From assembly GCA_963681965.1 (NCBI GenBank), contig OY820579.1, positions 1,472,001 to 1,536,000 on the forward strand: a stretch of DNA of 64,000 bases, written 5' to 3'. Below the pieces are notes generated by a model that was given only the letters and a program-made list of their open reading frames with translations, was not told the origin of the DNA and searched no databases. The translations under genes and the position numbers were made by a program. Below, piece by piece: positions 37,984 to 48,300 of this stretch (positions are counted from its first letter, which is position 1; each line of letters starts with the position of its first letter). Origin of the DNA: a bacterium. Its GTDB lineage: Bacteria; Electryoneota; JAOADG01.

Positions 37984-40905
37984 ATGAATTCGAACAGTCG
38001 TTTTCCGGTATCGGTGATTATACTGATAACGTTCCTACTGGTTCCCGCGGTTTTTGCCCAGACAGACAATATTGTTTATCCAACCGATTCGCGACAACTC
38101 ACGATTACTCCTATCGATGGAAAGGGTTATCGACTCGAGTGGACCCGCGAATCGAGCGAGAATGGCTGGATTGTGCAATCGTCGACCAATCCTTATGTGT
38201 CTTCTCCGCAGTGGCAAACCGTACTGCGAACCAGTGCACTGACTTGCGACTTGGATCCATTCGATAGCACTCTCTATTACCGCGTCGTAGCGGATCCTTC
38301 GGCGGCGGTTATCTCCGAATTTAACTGGCTTACAATTGATTCATCGATCACGCTATCGAGTTATGGTACTGGCGACGTCGACACGGCTGCTTGGTCGGTG
38401 GTTCCGGGAGGGGACAATGGGCTTGCCCTGCGACTGACCGGAAATTCGTGGAAAGTCCTGCAATTACAGACACCTCGACGAATCACGCGCGATTTTGCAG
38501 TCGGTGTCTCGGTGAAGCGCGAAACCAAATCGGAATGGCAAGCAATTGGATTTGTCGATAGCAGTGGACATGCCGCTTGGTTCACTTTTGGTGGAAAAGA
38601 GACCCGCTGGGGTGATTCGATTTACAATTCATGGTCGGAAGTACCGCCATTTAATTACTGGTCACGGTGGCGGTTACCAGTGGGCGAACAATTCGCTTCG
38701 TTCTATCAGCGCAATGGCTACTTGACTCAAATTGTTTTCGTCAACGACAATGACACGACCAATCCTGACGGGATCTGGCAGATCAGCCGATTAACCGATG
38801 CCACCGGCGATCAATATCTCCAACCGGAGCTATCTGCGCGAATTTCTTCGAGCGAAAATATGAGTGTATCGCTTGAAGCATTGAGCAATGGTCAACCCAT
38901 TACCCGCGGGGTTGTGACTTGGGAAGGGGATGCCGAAACAAGAGCGCAAGGGCAGACAGCACAACTTTCTTTCCGACAAGGTGGCGATAAAAAAATACTC
39001 TGCCGCTGGATTGATGTCGACCGAGTTGAACGCTGGATCTGGTTATCGGTTCATATCGATGCGACACCACTACCGAAAACATCTTTTACCTATTGTGCTG
39101 TCGGCGATATCATGATTGCCCGCCGAATCGTGGATGAAGGGGTTCTCAACCGTGTCGGTCTCGATGGATTATTTGGTAGAGTGAGTTCGTATCTCCGCGG
39201 ATTCGACTTAACCACCGGTAATACCGAATGCGCCTATTCGATTGTTGCCAACCAACACCCCAATAAGACCTATACTTTCAAAGGTCTACCAGATTATGTG
39301 CCGGTTTTTACCCGCAACGGGATTCAGATTGCCAGTCTCGCTAATAATCATACAGGAGACTATGGTGACGATGCATTGCGCGAAACCTTCGATCATTACA
39401 ATGAGAACGGATTGATGTACACTGGTGCCGGGTTGAACGACGGCGAAGCGTGGCGACCGGCGATTGTTTATCGAGGTGGTCAGCGGATTGCCGTTTTTGG
39501 GTATTGCACGTTGACTGGACGCGATCAAAACCAAGCACCTTACCTCGACGCAGCACCTCATAAAGGGGGCTTCAACTGGGCTCGTCGTGATATTATCGAC
39601 GAACAATTCGCCAAAGTACGACCCTATGTCGATTTCATTATTGTTCAATTCCATATCGGATTGACCGAATATGTAACTGATCCCGATGCCGGTCCGCATA
39701 CCAGTATGGTTCAAGATCCTGAGGAAGATGCTTACGAATTGGCTAGCAGCGATACGATGGGTGTCAACCTTGCCGATTATATGCTCGACCACGGTGCCGA
39801 TTTGGTGATCTGCCATGGACCGCACGTTCCGCAAGGTGTCGTGAAGCGTCCCAACGGAAAGTATATCGCTTACTCGTTGGGAAATTTCCTTTTCGATCAA
39901 TATCTACCTGAAACGTTTCCATCGATCTCATTCGAAGCCGATGTCAATCGCTTCAGTCGTGTGCGCGAGGCACGGATTCGTCCGATCTATATCGATGGTT
40001 ATCTTCCCGGTCCCGCCTCAGGTAGAGTGGCGACCCGGATTTTAAATCATATCGGGGCATTGTCGGTACAATTCGGAACAGCTTTAGTCGAACCAGCCGA
40101 TGGATCGCAACTTCGGGTCATTGGCGATAGCGCGTACTTTACCAGTATTTCACTACCCAACGATACTCTGACTATTCCACTCGATACGTCAGGATCGATC
40201 CGGATTTCAGCACCAATTCAATTCAGCGATACCGGTGTCGTAGATCGAGTTGAACTGATTTCTCCCGATACTGGAACAGTGAGTTATCGACTCGGTACCG
40301 ACCAATTATACGGTGTCGGCGATATGGAAGATGAAGGGTCTCCAACGTTCCTCACGTTCCCAACAACGGGTGCGTTACTCGACGATTCGCTATCGTTTGC
40401 CGGTAGACGTTCGCTCCGGCTGCGAAGAACTTCCGGAACATCGACATTATCAATTCCGACCGTCCAACGCTGGGTGATCGATCGCAACAGCAACTATACC
40501 GTGTGTCTCAGAGTACTACCGGGCGCTGCTGCAGGAACGAACCTCCGATTGGATTGGTGGCGAGCACGGGTCGGCGATTATGGCAATGGGAACCTGCTTA
40601 TCTTCCAACCAGCCCCAGGCAATCAATGGCTGTATATGTATGCCGATCTTAATTCAAGTAATATTCCCGACCGCACAAACTGCCTGCAATTCCGTTTCCG
40701 GCAAGCTAGCACCGGTGTGACGTCGGCGTATTTCGACGATCTTGCGTTTGTGCTATGGGGTTTCGATTGGACCAGTCAGACAACATTCACATTACCCAAT
40801 CCACATGAATGGACGCATCTTCAGGTGCAAACTTCCAATTACAATTCGACTTCGATGCGTGTGATTCTGCATCGATCGAGATTGGTTGCGACTTCCCGCG
40901 ATTAA
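37984..40905 (+). CDS. Secreted CapA/PGA_cap-family metallophosphoesterase with flanking beta-sandwich domains
   Basis: AVGDIM, GNTEC, LANNHTGDYG, FHIG, HGPHVPQ, YSLGNFLFDQ. Confidence 0.82.
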   Translation: MNSNSRFPVSVIILITFLLVPAVFAQTDNIVYPTDSRQLTITPIDGKGYRLEWTRESSENGWIVQSSTNPYVSSPQWQTVLRTSALTCDLDPFDSTLYYRVVADPSAAVISEFNWLTIDSSITLSSYGTGDVDTAAWSVVPGGDNGLALRLTGNSWKVLQLQTPRRITRDFAVGVSVKRETKSEWQAIGFVDSSGHAAWFTFGGKETRWGDSIYNSWSEVPPFNYWSRWRLPVGEQFASFYQRNGYLTQIVFVNDNDTTNPDGIWQISRLTDATGDQYLQPELSARISSSENMSVSLEALSNGQPITRGVVTWEGDAETRAQGQTAQLSFRQGGDKKILCRWIDVDRVERWIWLSVHIDATPLPKTSFTYCAVGDIMIARRIVDEGVLNRVGLDGLFGRVSSYLRGFDLTTGNTECAYSIVANQHPNKTYTFKGLPDYVPVFTRNGIQIASLANNHTGDYGDDALRETFDHYNENGLMYTGAGLNDGEAWRPAIVYRGGQRIAVFGYCTLTGRDQNQAPYLDAAPHKGGFNWARRDIIDEQFAKVRPYVDFIIVQFHIGLTEYVTDPDAGPHTSMVQDPEEDAYELASSDTMGVNLADYMLDHGADLVICHGPHVPQGVVKRPNGKYIAYSLGNFLFDQYLPETFPSISFEADVNRFSRVREARIRPIYIDGYLPGPASGRVATRILNHIGALSVQFGTALVEPADGSQLRVIGDSAYFTSISLPNDTLTIPLDTSGSIRISAPIQFSDTGVVDRVELISPDTGTVSYRLGTDQLYGVGDMEDEGSPTFLTFPTTGALLDDSLSFAGRRSLRLRRTSGTSTLSIPTVQRWVIDRNSNYTVCLRVLPGAAAGTNLRLDWWRARVGDYGNGNLLIFQPAPGNQWLYMYADLNSSNIPDRTNCLQFRFRQASTGVTSAYFDDLAFVLWGFDWTSQTTFTLPNPHEWTHLQVQTSNYNSTSMRVILHRSRLVATSRD

Positions 40906-40924
40906 GAGACTATAGGCGTGAATC

Positions 40925-40954
40925 AAAAAGCCTTGAGCAATCAAGGCTTTTTTT
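40925..40954. terminator. Bidirectional terminator
   Basis: AAAAAGCCTTGA-gcaa-TCAAGGCTTTTTTT between the capA-like gene and the tRNA. Confidence 0.85.
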
Positions 40955-40973
40955 GTAAGTAATGATGGGGTAG

Positions 40974-41046
40974 TAGCGCATAGGGGGTTCGAACCCCTGT
41001 TACCGGCGTGAGAGGCCGACGTCCTAGACCACTAGACGAATGCGCC
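40974..41046 (-). tRNA. tRNA-Glu (anticodon CTC), CCA not encoded
   Basis: Minus strand GGCGCATTCGTCTAGTGGTCTAGGACGTCGGCCTCTCACGCCGGTAACAGGGGTTCGAACCCCCTATGCGCTA folds as a cloverleaf; anticodon loop CT-CTC-AC; T-loop GTTCGAA. Confidence 0.95.
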
Positions 41047-41062
41047 AAAGCTTCGAGTTGTC

Positions 41063-41091
41063 AAGGTACATTATCCTGTTGCGCCTGTCAA
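41063..41091 (-). promoter_or_regulatory. Sigma-70-type promoter of tRNA-Glu
   Basis: Minus strand TTGACA-N17-TACCTT ending about 16 nt before the tRNA 5' end. Confidence 0.6.
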
Positions 41092-41198
41092 GCTCGATCT
41101 TATCTCTCGTGCAACTCGAGTTTTGTCGCTAATCGTCGATCGAAACATCACAATGTTTCGATTCTAAATAAATGAGAATGCTTCGGAAAGATACCGGT

Positions 41199-41723
41199 TT
41201 ATTGCCTTGGTGGTATCGATTCCCGAACAGCTTTCGCAATTTCATCGGCTGGAAGTGAATAGTGCATCATCACGTTGATCCACTTGCCTTCGCGCTTTTC
41301 CAGCACTCCTGTCCAACGGGCATGAACCCAATCGGTCGGATGCCCATCCCATTCCCCCCGATCGTCCAAAATACAGGCATACCATGCGACATTCCCCGAA
41401 TACCAGATCTTCAGATCCTTGATCTCGGTGCCTTTGGCTTGGAATTTGGGATTGAGATAGACCTGTTCGGCAAGTTGATGAAATGGTTCGAATCCATCGA
41501 TAATGTCGGTCGAATTGGGCATGAAAATGAAAAACGAAGTATCTTTTGCGCAGACATTATACAATCGATTGATGTCTTTCGTCGGATACGGCCACATGAC
41601 CACCGATCGAATAGCGGTTTCGATTTGAGCCAGCTCCAGCGCATCGGTAGGATTGGAAATTGCTGTCATCGGTACTCCTAGAATGAAGATAAGTGAAAGC
41701 ACTAGTATTGATCGAGAAATCAT
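41199..41723 (-). CDS. Exported SnoaL/NTF2-like protein
   Basis: Signal peptide; RWTGVLEKREGKWINVMMHYS. Confidence 0.75.
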   Translation of the reverse strand: MISRSILVLSLIFILGVPMTAISNPTDALELAQIETAIRSVVMWPYPTKDINRLYNVCAKDTSFFIFMPNSTDIIDGFEPFHQLAEQVYLNPKFQAKGTEIKDLKIWYSGNVAWYACILDDRGEWDGHPTDWVHARWTGVLEKREGKWINVMMHYSLPADEIAKAVRESIPPRQ

Positions 41724-41895
41724 ATATAACTCCTTCTGCAGATCGTATCTTCGGCATGAATTTATTGCCTTCAGAAATAAAGTAATTGCAATGCAAAGGA
41801 ATGTATAATTCGGTCATTCACGATTATGACCACTTGATTCGTTTGTGCTGTATGAATTATCGACAACGTTTCGGGAATTATACTTGAAATTATAT

Positions 41896-41997
41896 TTCTT
41901 GAAAATAAGTTGTTATCGGTAGTAGGGGCGGACCCCCGCGTCCGCCCGCAGGTCAGGCGAAGCTTGACACCTAATCATGACAACTTATTTTCAAGAA
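41896..41997. repeat. 102-bp inverted-repeat element containing a GTAG-type REP hairpin
   Basis: 21-bp terminal inverted repeats (20/21 match) around GTAG-GGGCGGAC-ccccgc-GTCCGCCC. Confidence 0.65.
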
Positions 41998-42013
41998 CGA
42001 CTATAGAATAACG

Positions 42014-42040
42014 AAACGCCCGGTTTTTTACCGGGCGTTT
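42014..42040 (-). terminator. Terminator of the proline dehydrogenase gene
   Basis: AAACGCCCGGT-ttttt-ACCGGGCGTTT. Confidence 0.75.
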
Positions 42041-42067
42041 AATACAACACGGAATATATTGATGCGA

Positions 42068-42997
42068 TCAGTTATAGCGACCGAAGCGGAACATTGCCTT
42101 GATAATGTGACCCGCCATATCTGGATTTTCTTTCAATCGACGTACGCTATACGCATACCACTTCTCACCGAATGGGACATACAATCGCAAGGGATGACTC
42201 TGATCGACAATGCGTTGTCCTAAATTCGGCAACACGCCAAGAAGCATCTGGAATTCGTATTTCTCTTTCGGAATATTCCGTTTCTTGATCTGCTGAATGG
42301 CATATTCGATTAAAGGTTCATCGTGAGTGGCGATACCGACAGTAATGTCAAGATCGAAGATGCGATCGAGCGACTTCTTGTAGTTATCGCGGACCGGCTC
42401 TTTTCCCTTAAATGCAATCGCTTCCGGTTCGACATAAATTCCCTTACAGAGGCGAATGTGCTTGCCACCGGAAGCTTGCTTTCCGGACATCAAGTCAGCG
42501 AGATTTTCGATGTCGGATACTGTTCGTTTCAGATAAGCCTGAAACACCATACCGACATTGGTAAAGCCTTCACCGCGCAGTGACCGATACAGTTCGATCG
42601 TTAAATCGGTAAATGGCGAATCTTCCATATCGATTCGAATAAACGAATTAATATCCTGAGTGCGTTGCAACAATTTTCGATAAATGTCAAGGGCGAATTT
42701 CTTGTCGATCCCGAGACCCATTTGAGTCGGTTTGACCGAAACATTGCCGTTGATTTTATCTTTTCCAATCCGATCGATCACTTCGAAATATTCGGCGGAC
42801 GCTAAATCGGCTTCGCGAAGATCGGCAATGTTTTCTCCGAGTACATCGATCGTGACGACCCGTTTGGTTGCATTCAGCTTTTTACTTTCGGAAATGGCAT
42901 CGTCAAGTTTTGGACCAGCAATATAGCGTTTCGCGACTGCATACACGATCGGTTTCGGAACTAGCGGAAGCGATTTTGCTATCAATGAATTGATCAT
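42068..42997 (-). CDS. putB: Monofunctional proline dehydrogenase
   Basis: RYIAG, DVLGE, SVKPTQMG, IDMED, RLCKGIY.EP, ATHD, FQMLLG, YVPFG..WYAYSVRRLKENP. Confidence 0.93.
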   Translation of the reverse strand: MINSLIAKSLPLVPKPIVYAVAKRYIAGPKLDDAISESKKLNATKRVVTIDVLGENIADLREADLASAEYFEVIDRIGKDKINGNVSVKPTQMGLGIDKKFALDIYRKLLQRTQDINSFIRIDMEDSPFTDLTIELYRSLRGEGFTNVGMVFQAYLKRTVSDIENLADLMSGKQASGGKHIRLCKGIYVEPEAIAFKGKEPVRDNYKKSLDRIFDLDITVGIATHDEPLIEYAIQQIKKRNIPKEKYEFQMLLGVLPNLGQRIVDQSHPLRLYVPFGEKWYAYSVRRLKENPDMAGHIIKAMFRFGRYN

Positions 42998-43097
42998 GTT
43001 ATCCTCTCACAGCTCGCGGGTTGCCCGATAATCGGAGGGGGTGGTGCGGGTAAAATCGAGGAGCTGATTCGAGCCTAAATATGCAACGAAAATCTGG

Positions 43098-44072
43098 TTA
43101 TTGCAAAGGTTCCGATTCGATCCAATCGGCGATTCCCTGGCGTAAATCGCGAAAATGAATTCCCAGTAGTCTTCGCGCTTTGGTCGACTGAAATGCCCAA
43201 TCGCATTGAGCCATGCGCATTAAAGTGGGAGTGATGGGAAGTTCGATTCCAAAAAGTCCCGCAACTTGAGCAGGAAATTTCAACCATTGCTCTAGTTTTC
43301 GAGCGGAGAGTTGGATGGACGGTGCTTTTCCACCTGTTTGTCGGGCAAGTTCGACAAAAAATCCTTGCAGAGTAGAAATTTCTCCACCAGCGATGAACTC
43401 ATCCTCTTCGCGGCGTTTAATCATTTCAATCGCTGCTTCGACCACATCTTCAATGTGCACAAAACTGGCTCGCGAGGAACCGTTGACAAGTGCTGGTAGC
43501 CGTTTGTGTGCTACTGCTCGCGCGTATTTCGTCAGCGAACCGTGGGCTCCCGGACCATAAATGATGCCCGGATGCAGGATACCGCAGCGTTTTCCGTTCA
43601 TGGCAGCATCGCGAACAAACATGGTTGCAGCACGCTTGGTCACTTCGTACGGCGAACGGTAGTCGACCGGAAACACTTGGCGTTCGTCCCCGGGCACATC
43701 ACCGGTCGGACCATACACAACTACCGATCCGATATAGAGAAAATACGTCGATGGCAAAAGTGCACGAACCAGAGCGGAAGTACTTTCGACATTGGTTCGC
43801 TGCATTGATGAGAGACGCGTTTCGCGAAGACTGACGTGTGCGGCGGCATGGATGACGATTGAGGCATCGGAAAGATAGGGAGTAACGTCAACCGATTCAG
43901 AACTAAAATCGATTTCTACCAATTCAACGGTATTTTGATCAGCGAATTCAGGAAATGCTCGATGAAAGCTAGATGTCGACCGAACCAATAATCGAATCGG
44001 CTCTTCCCATTCCATCAGTCGTCGGAAGAGATTCTTTCCAAAAAAACCTGTTGCACCAGTCAGTACAATCAT
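43098..44072 (-). CDS. NAD-dependent epimerase/dehydratase (extended SDR)
   Basis: TGATGFFG, HAAA, YEVTK, YGPG. Confidence 0.88.
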   Translation of the reverse strand: MIVLTGATGFFGKNLFRRLMEWEEPIRLLVRSTSSFHRAFPEFADQNTVELVEIDFSSESVDVTPYLSDASIVIHAAAHVSLRETRLSSMQRTNVESTSALVRALLPSTYFLYIGSVVVYGPTGDVPGDERQVFPVDYRSPYEVTKRAATMFVRDAAMNGKRCGILHPGIIYGPGAHGSLTKYARAVAHKRLPALVNGSSRASFVHIEDVVEAAIEMIKRREEDEFIAGGEISTLQGFFVELARQTGGKAPSIQLSARKLEQWLKFPAQVAGLFGIELPITPTLMRMAQCDWAFQSTKARRLLGIHFRDLRQGIADWIESEPLQ

Positions 44073-44337
44073 CGAAAAAATTACCTGCTGTAGATTAGTA
44101 TATTTGGTTTCGTGCACTAAGGTAGATTGCGCGAGTGGCTATTGCAACAAGTTGTATCGGGGAACTTAAGCGAGAACTTAGTGGATTCTTATAAAAACCA
44201 ATTGATCGAAAATCATTATTTATTCGCTGAGCTTTTTAGGGTGACTCAGATATGAATCTAGCAGAAATCACTAATTGATCATCCCCAATCACATCAGCAT
44301 ACTACTTGTCTCACCGAGGCGCATCATTCTCTTATGA

Positions 44338-44676
44338 TTAATCTCGGATGTGTACAGCAAAAACTACTTCATTTTTATCTGGTAGTTTGTTATACTCATC
44401 AACAGCTTGAAGTGTTTGATAAATTTCAAGATGAATTTCTTTCTCCTCGATCGCCAACCGAATATTCGGTGAAACCGAAAGCATTCGATAGAGTCCGTTT
44501 GCAATAATAATTCGTTTCGGTTTTAGTGCAATGGCTTTCGACAGGTCGTCCAACTGCACACGCATTCCCTCTTTACGCCACCAGGGAGTGATTTCGTTAT
44601 TGGGATAAATGATGATATCGCTGTCATAAGTCTTGCCATCAACTTTGATTACGCCGAATTTAATTTCATCTATCAT
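44338..44676 (-). CDS. Mth938-like (DUF498) domain protein
   Basis: FGVIKVDGKTYDSDIIIYP, WWRKEG, TLQAVDEYN. Confidence 0.8.
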   Translation of the reverse strand: MIDEIKFGVIKVDGKTYDSDIIIYPNNEITPWWRKEGMRVQLDDLSKAIALKPKRIIIANGLYRMLSVSPNIRLAIEEKEIHLEIYQTLQAVDEYNKLPDKNEVVFAVHIRD

Positions 44677-45351
44677 GATTGCCTCAAATAAATATTTGTA
44701 TTGATTAACTAAGAATGAGATTGCATTACACAACAATTGTTGATAATAAGAGACTTTAATTCTCGATTTCGGATCTAAGGAGGAAGAAGCTAGGTTCGAA
44801 TAGAATGATGATAAGTCTAATATAATTAGGGTACTGATTAAAGATAGAGCTTCTTCGTAGCATAGTCAAGAAACGTTTTGCAGACACAAATAAATTATGG
44901 AAAATTTGAGCTGAATTCAGATGACCAAGACACAAGTAGATGTGAGATAAGATTGAATTTGATTTTATGAGTATGATAATTAATGAGTTGTAAGAAAACA
45001 GAGTAGCCCAAAATTCAGGATGTGAGTATGGTTTTTAAAGATTATTTACCAATTGTTTACATTTGTTACTGGTTTTTGAGAAATGACTTAGTTACTAGTC
45101 AGTAGGTAATATGTTTTTTGAAAATCGGGATTCAGATTGACAGTCTGGGTAAATATTACGATATTTAAATTTGTTATTTTTTACATTGCACACGCAATTT
45201 TCAAAAATTTTATTGATTCTGTTACGAATGCAACATGAAAGCGTAAGCTTTTTGGCTGCCGTAAATTGACATAGAAAATCATCTCATCGATTGATGACAA
45301 ACAAATAACAATTATTCCCTCGATTTCGAATTGTGCCGGGGGGGAGAGCTA

Positions 45352-48300
45352 GTGAAATCGTTGAATACGGAATCCATTCGGTTCGGTCACCCGATGTTCG
45401 ATCCCAACGAAATGGATACATTTGCCGATTTATTACCCCAACCGGTTTTTGAGACCGACCGTTCCGGTCGTCTACGATATGCCAATCGCGCTGCGATGAA
45501 TTGTTTCGATTTTCCCGTCGAACAATTGAACAATGGATTATCCGTTCTCGAAGTTATCAGCGAAACCGATCGCGATCGTGCATCGCAAGTTTTCCAGAAA
45601 TTGGTTGACGGCAAAATATCGCGAATCGATTCAGAATTTACGGTTCGAAATTTTCGCGGTGTTACATTTCCGATCGTTGCGATTTTATCTTCAGTTATCG
45701 TAAATAATGAAACGATTGGTGTTCGCGGTGTTCTAATCGAATTTTCAAAAACGGGTCATTCCAATCAGTTGTACACTCAATCCGATGATCGATACCGGTC
45801 ATTGTATGCGAATCTCGCGATCGGAACGATTTACCATACCGAAAAAGGCTTAATTGATGCAGCCAATCCAGCTGCTGCGGCGATATTGGGTACAACCGTA
45901 AACGAATTGATCGGTCGATCCAGTTTCGATTCCCGAACATCGATTTACAGTGAAGTCGGAGCGACGATTGGTTCCGATGAGTTTCCTTCAACTGTAGCGT
46001 TAACGACCGGAAAATTAACCGAACGTATCTGCGGAGTTCGGCTCCCGAGTTCAACTCACACCCGCTGGTACAAAGTAACTGCGATACCGCAATTACGGTT
46101 TTCCGAAGAGCGTGCCTATCAAGTCGTTACAAGTTTCGAAGATATTACCGCGCGCAAGAAATTAAGTGAAGCCGTAGCTGCAATTCTGGGAAAAGAAAGC
46201 GATCCATCCGGAATCGAATATCTTCGATTTCTAGCCCAAGAACTTGCGATAATTCTCGAAACGAAATACGCTTTCATTGGTGAATTGACGACTACTGTAC
46301 CTGGTCGATTTTCAACAGTTGGAATTTGGTCGGATGATCGCTTTGCCGAAGATGAAGAATTTTCACTGAAGAATACGATTGTCGAAACGGCAATTAAAAA
46401 GAAATTGTTTTATCAGAATAAAATCAACGCTCAAGATTTCCCGAAAGATAAATTCTTAAAACAGTTTAATGCCACTGATTTTTGCAGCCAAATTCTAACC
46501 GGTCATAATCACATTCCGATTGGTCTAATTGCGGTATTGAACGATCGACCGATCGCTGAAATTGAAATTGCAAAAAGCATTATGGCGCTGTTTGCGTTAC
46601 GAATTTCTTCTGAGATCGAACGACGACGTATCGATGAAGAACTTCAAAACGCCAATTATAAGTTTAAGACCCTGCTCAGCGAGATGACTGAAGGGGTAGC
46701 ATTTCACGAAGTAATTTACGATTCCAGCGGAAAACCAATCAATTATCGCGTCATCGAAGTAAACACAGCGTTTTTGAATATCCTCGGGTTTCAGCGCGAC
46801 AAAGTCATTGGAAAATTGGCTACGGAAATATTCGGTGTCGATTATCCGCCGTATTTAAAAGAATATTCTGCGACTGCTGTATCGCGCGTACCGTACCGCT
46901 TTGAAATTTATTTTGAACCGCTTCGAAAGCACTTTGATATCAATGTTGTATCGATTCAAAAAGGGTTCTTCACCACCATCTTTACCGATATCACCGATCG
47001 AAAGGCAACCGAATCGGAACTTCAAAAAAATACCGAGTATTACACCTTTTTGACTGACAGTATCAACGATATCGTTGCGCAAGTCGATCGCGATCTGGTC
47101 TATACTTTTTTAAGTCGGTCTTTACTGATGATATTGGGGTTTGACAATAAATCACTAATCGGACAAAGTTTTACTGCCAACATCCATCCCGAGGACCGTC
47201 CTCGGATCGAATCGACCATCCGGACATGTGCTCTAGCCAAAGCCACTCGACTTACATTGGAATACCGGCACTTTACTGTCGACGGTGATTTGAAATGGAT
47301 TGAGAGTACTACCAGAGTTCTTTACGATTCCAACAATGAATTTGACGGCTGCGTTCTGAGTTCTCGCGATATCACTGATCGTAAGCGCGCACAGCAAGCT
47401 TTGAAAATGTCGGAATCGCAATTCCGGGCACTGGCGGAAGGCGCAAAAGACGCAATATTTATTAAAGACTCGAATCTTCGATATGTTTTCGTTAATCCGG
47501 TAATGGCTAGTCTACTCGGACTTGCAGTTGAAAATATGATCGGAAAAACCGATCACGAACTGCTCGGAGAACGCTCGAATTCCTATGAAATTGCCGATCA
47601 AGAAGTATTGCTTGGGAAAACCGTAGAAACCGAGCCGACCGAGCGGATTCATGGCGTGTGGAAAACGATGCACACGATCAAGGTTCCGCTCCGAACTTCG
47701 CAAGGCGAAATTATCGGTATCTGTGGTATTGCCCGCGATGTCACCGAGCGCAATCAATCGGAATTGGCTTTGCGAGAAAGCGAAGAGCGCTATCGATTAT
47801 TAGTCGATTCACTGCCCGTTGGAATCGTTGCGCATTGCGAAGGAAAGATTGTTTTCGTCAATCAAACCGTCGTTAAAATGATCGGTGTCGAATCGGTTTT
47901 GGACTTGTTGGGTAAGAGTGCGATCGAATTTGTGCATCCCGAAGATCGACAGCGTGTTGCTACGCGAATGCGAGCTGTAATAGAAAATCGCGAAATGCAG
48001 CCATCGATAGAAGAACGATTTGTCCGATCCGACGGTTCGTTATTCGAGGCTGAGGTCACCTCTGTTCCATTCATGTATCACAATAAACCAGCAGCACAAA
48101 TTGTGTTGGTCGATATCTCGGAACGCAAACGTGCCGAAGATGAACGACGCAAGCTTGAATCGCAAATTCAGCATACTCAGAAATTGGAAAGTTTGGGAGT
48201 ATTAGCTGGAGGAATTGCCCACGACTTTAACAATCTGTTAGTCGGAATTCTCGGTAATGCCGGTTTGGCATTAATGGAACTGCCCACTGACTCGCCTACG

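Noticed and set aside
37872-38267. 131-aa ORF overlapping the start of the CapA-like gene
   Set aside because: TTG start, out-of-frame overlap with a gene that has a clear signal peptide, and atypical composition.
39286-39900. 204-aa minus-strand ORF
   Set aside because: Antisense to the CapA catalytic domain; no family features.
40974-41200. tRNA-Glu as an integration site for a genomic island
   Set aside because: No integrase, and I saw no duplicated tRNA 3' end elsewhere in the window.
43010-43067. GC-rich CAGCTC...GAGCTG stem in the proline dehydrogenase leader
   Set aside because: Short closing stem that matches no riboswitch or T-box I recognise; could be chance. An Rfam scan would settle it.
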